64,000 bases of DNA from Calcarisporiella thermophila CBS 279.70. Lineage: Eukaryota; Fungi; Calcarisporiellomycota. The stretch is from the NCBI RefSeq assembly GCF_041956535.1, contig NW_027192191.1, positions 659,328-723,327 on the forward strand. Reading direction: 5' to 3'. The position numbers were made by a program, and so were the translations under genes. A model generated the notes under the pieces. It searched no databases, was not told the DNA's origin, and saw only the letters and a list, made by a program, of their open reading frames with translations. Each line of letters starts with the position of its first letter. The first letter of the stretch is position 1. This document shows positions 61,855-64,000 of the stretch, one piece after another.

Positions 61855-64000
61855 ATGCAGTTCACGATAACGAGAACCGAACTCGCTCTGAATTTTTCGT
61901 CAATTGCATGCGCGGTTCTAATGATGATACTTGTTGTTTGGCTTCGATACATGCAACCACAAGTAACAAGGAGCATATCATTTAAGCTCAGTTTTTGGAT
62001 TGGCCTTGCCGATGCACTTTTTCGTAGTTTTTATGTCATTCGTATGGCTACCGATTTTTTAGATGCAATTCTGCCTTATGATATCTGGTTTTGCCGTATT
62101 CTCCTCTGGTCTTTCATTTTCTTTCCTATGTGGTTTTCTTTACTCACAGTCAGCATCGCTTTCGACCTCCAACTCTCAGCTTTCCACAAACACATTAATA
62201 TTGCTCGGTATCAAAAGTGGTATCTTCCGATATCCACTCTTGTCCCATTCATATTGTCAACCCCTTACCTTTTCTATGGCAATGCTTGGTGGGATGAACA
62301 CAAAGTAACTACTGAGTTTTTATTTTATTCCATTATCAACTTAATACGGTTAACGCTAAACTATATTCTAATTTCATAGAAATTTATAAACACAGATTGG
62401 CCCTCTGATGTTAACATAGCTTGGATAGTATTGTTCAACATCGTTGTATTCAGCGGAATTCTCTATTCTTTCACTGTTATTGTTATCTGCGCAAAAATGG
62501 TTTTCCGCATTGTTTTAGATTCAAAGCGGAAAAGGTTTCGACGTACCGACCAAAATCGCAATAGAGACCGCCTTGTGATGATGTCTATAATAAGGCTCCT
62601 AGGGTATCCACTAGTACTCATTGTAATAATGCCATCCGAATGTATACTTACAATTCTCTTTGCGGTTAATGCTCGCTATACGCCGATTGGAGAATCAACG
62701 GCACGAGCAAAAGCGATATTGTCTGGGATGCAAGGTATCCTTAGCTTTATCATTTTTCTCTTCAACCCATCCCTCTCGGCAGCACTTGGAGAATTTTTCT
62801 TCTCAAAAAATCGGAAAAATTCGCACTCTAAATCGCAGAGTATATCAAATGCATCCACAAGATTCCATGGTGCCGATACATTGCTCCATTTGGAATTGGG
62901 AGTAGGGAGAAATTCCGGCATTAGAAGGGACCAACATATAGAAGAGGTGTCTTTAGCTAAGTCTTTTCGACGCGTTAAATTCTTAAATACCAAAGGACAG
63001 CAATGCAGTAATGAACGTTTAACAAAAGATACTAGAGTTCAGTTGCAGAAAAAACCTTCAATTACACTTAAATCCCGTCAGTATAAACCAGTTTTTTCTC
63101 CATCAGACATCCCAGATCAACAGTTCAATAGCAATGGAAACAAATGGATTTTGGGGAGACGATTTTGTGATGCCAAAGGTAAGTTGTGCATCGAATTTTA
63201 TGAATGAAAATAAGTAATTTCAAATTTATAACAGAGATACACTACATTTTGCCAAATGATGAGGAGGAGATAGACCGATTAATTAATTTACATTATTTTC
63301 TTCGGTAAGCGTTCCCGTTCCGACCATTAAAAAAATACCTAAATTCACTAGTACTTTCTTGTATAGACTTATTTTTAATAATTGCAATTTCCTTTCTCCT
63401 GTACAAACTATTTTAAAAAATGGAGCTATGGTACTGGACGTTGGGTAAGTATCTCAATTGAATTGCGCCCAATTGCTTTTCACCTATTGGCTTATATTAG
63501 ATGCGGGCCTGGAGCATGAACAATGGAGATGGCTACAGTGTATCCAAGTAGCCACTTTTACGGAATAGACATATGCGAAATGTATCCATCGCACATTGTC
63601 CCTGAAAACTGTTGGTTTCAAACTGTGAATGTTCTCATAGGTTTACCATTTTCGGATGAAAGCTTCGAATTTATATACATACGACACATGAGTTTAGGGA
63701 TATTTCAAAGAGAATGGCCTGGAGTTCTTGGGGAAATACTTAGAGTATTGAAACCTAAAGGGTACTTAGAAATAGTTGACACAGGTAAGAGCACATCTCA
63801 GGATTGACTAACATTACAATACGCGCTTTATTTTGTAATAATAACACCTAAGCTACTACAGACTATAATATCCAAGGAGAAGGTCCAGCACTTAGGAAGA
63901 TCACAGATGGACGTAAGTACAGATGTATATATCACAATATAAAGAGGTAAATATAGATCACTTTTATTCATTGCAGTTTATAATACATTGTGTGCACGTG
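61855..64000 (+). CDS. 7TM GPCR-like (Git3/cAMP-receptor-like) domain fused to a LaeA/TAM-type SAM methyltransferase; in-frame TGA at 63517; runs off the window
   Basis: Exons 61855-62304, 62380-63178, 63235-63304, 63367-63444, 63501-63784 and further. Seven hydrophobic helices (SIAFD, RLLGYP, QGILSFIIFLFNP), then GRRF..YILPNDEEEIDRL, VLDVGCGPGA*, GID, LPFSDESF, RVLKPKGYLEIVD. Confidence 0.75.

Noticed and set aside
1-64000. CRISPR arrays, rRNA, transposons, biosynthetic gene cluster
   Set aside because: No repeat-spacer array, rRNA signature, transposase/RT motif, terminal repeat or backbone synthase was seen.

Overview
Intron-rich eukaryotic DNA with short (about 55-80 nt) GT-AG introns and compact divergent promoters. 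The gene content suggests an early-diverging fungus, which is an inference. About 25 protein-coding genes were reconstructed by hand-splicing. Recognisable ones are a Fungal_trans transcription factor plus a relic copy, a group-X-type hybrid histidine kinase, CPSF160/Cft1, COX6A, an F-box protein, Irc3 helicase, VDAC, p24, MPP-alpha, Gup1, an ING PHD protein, a C2 protein, an Sdt1-type nucleotidase, NDUFAF7, Dug3, an RTEL1-like helicase and a glutaminyl cyclase. The most striking feature is at the right end: a 7TM GPCR-like receptor fused in frame to a LaeA/TAM-type SAM methyltransferase, with an in-frame TGA at a normally Trp position of SAM motif I. Other unusual items are a stand-alone protein resembling the Brr2 N-terminal plug, and a paralogous RING module with the same intron position on both RTEL1 and a BAR-PH protein. 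There are also two secreted proteins sharing an 8-Cys scaffold, a 77-aa RVxF microprotein and a G9 frameshift in a membrane protein. No rRNA, tRNA, CRISPR array or clear transposon was found. All family assignments come from motif recognition, not database searches.
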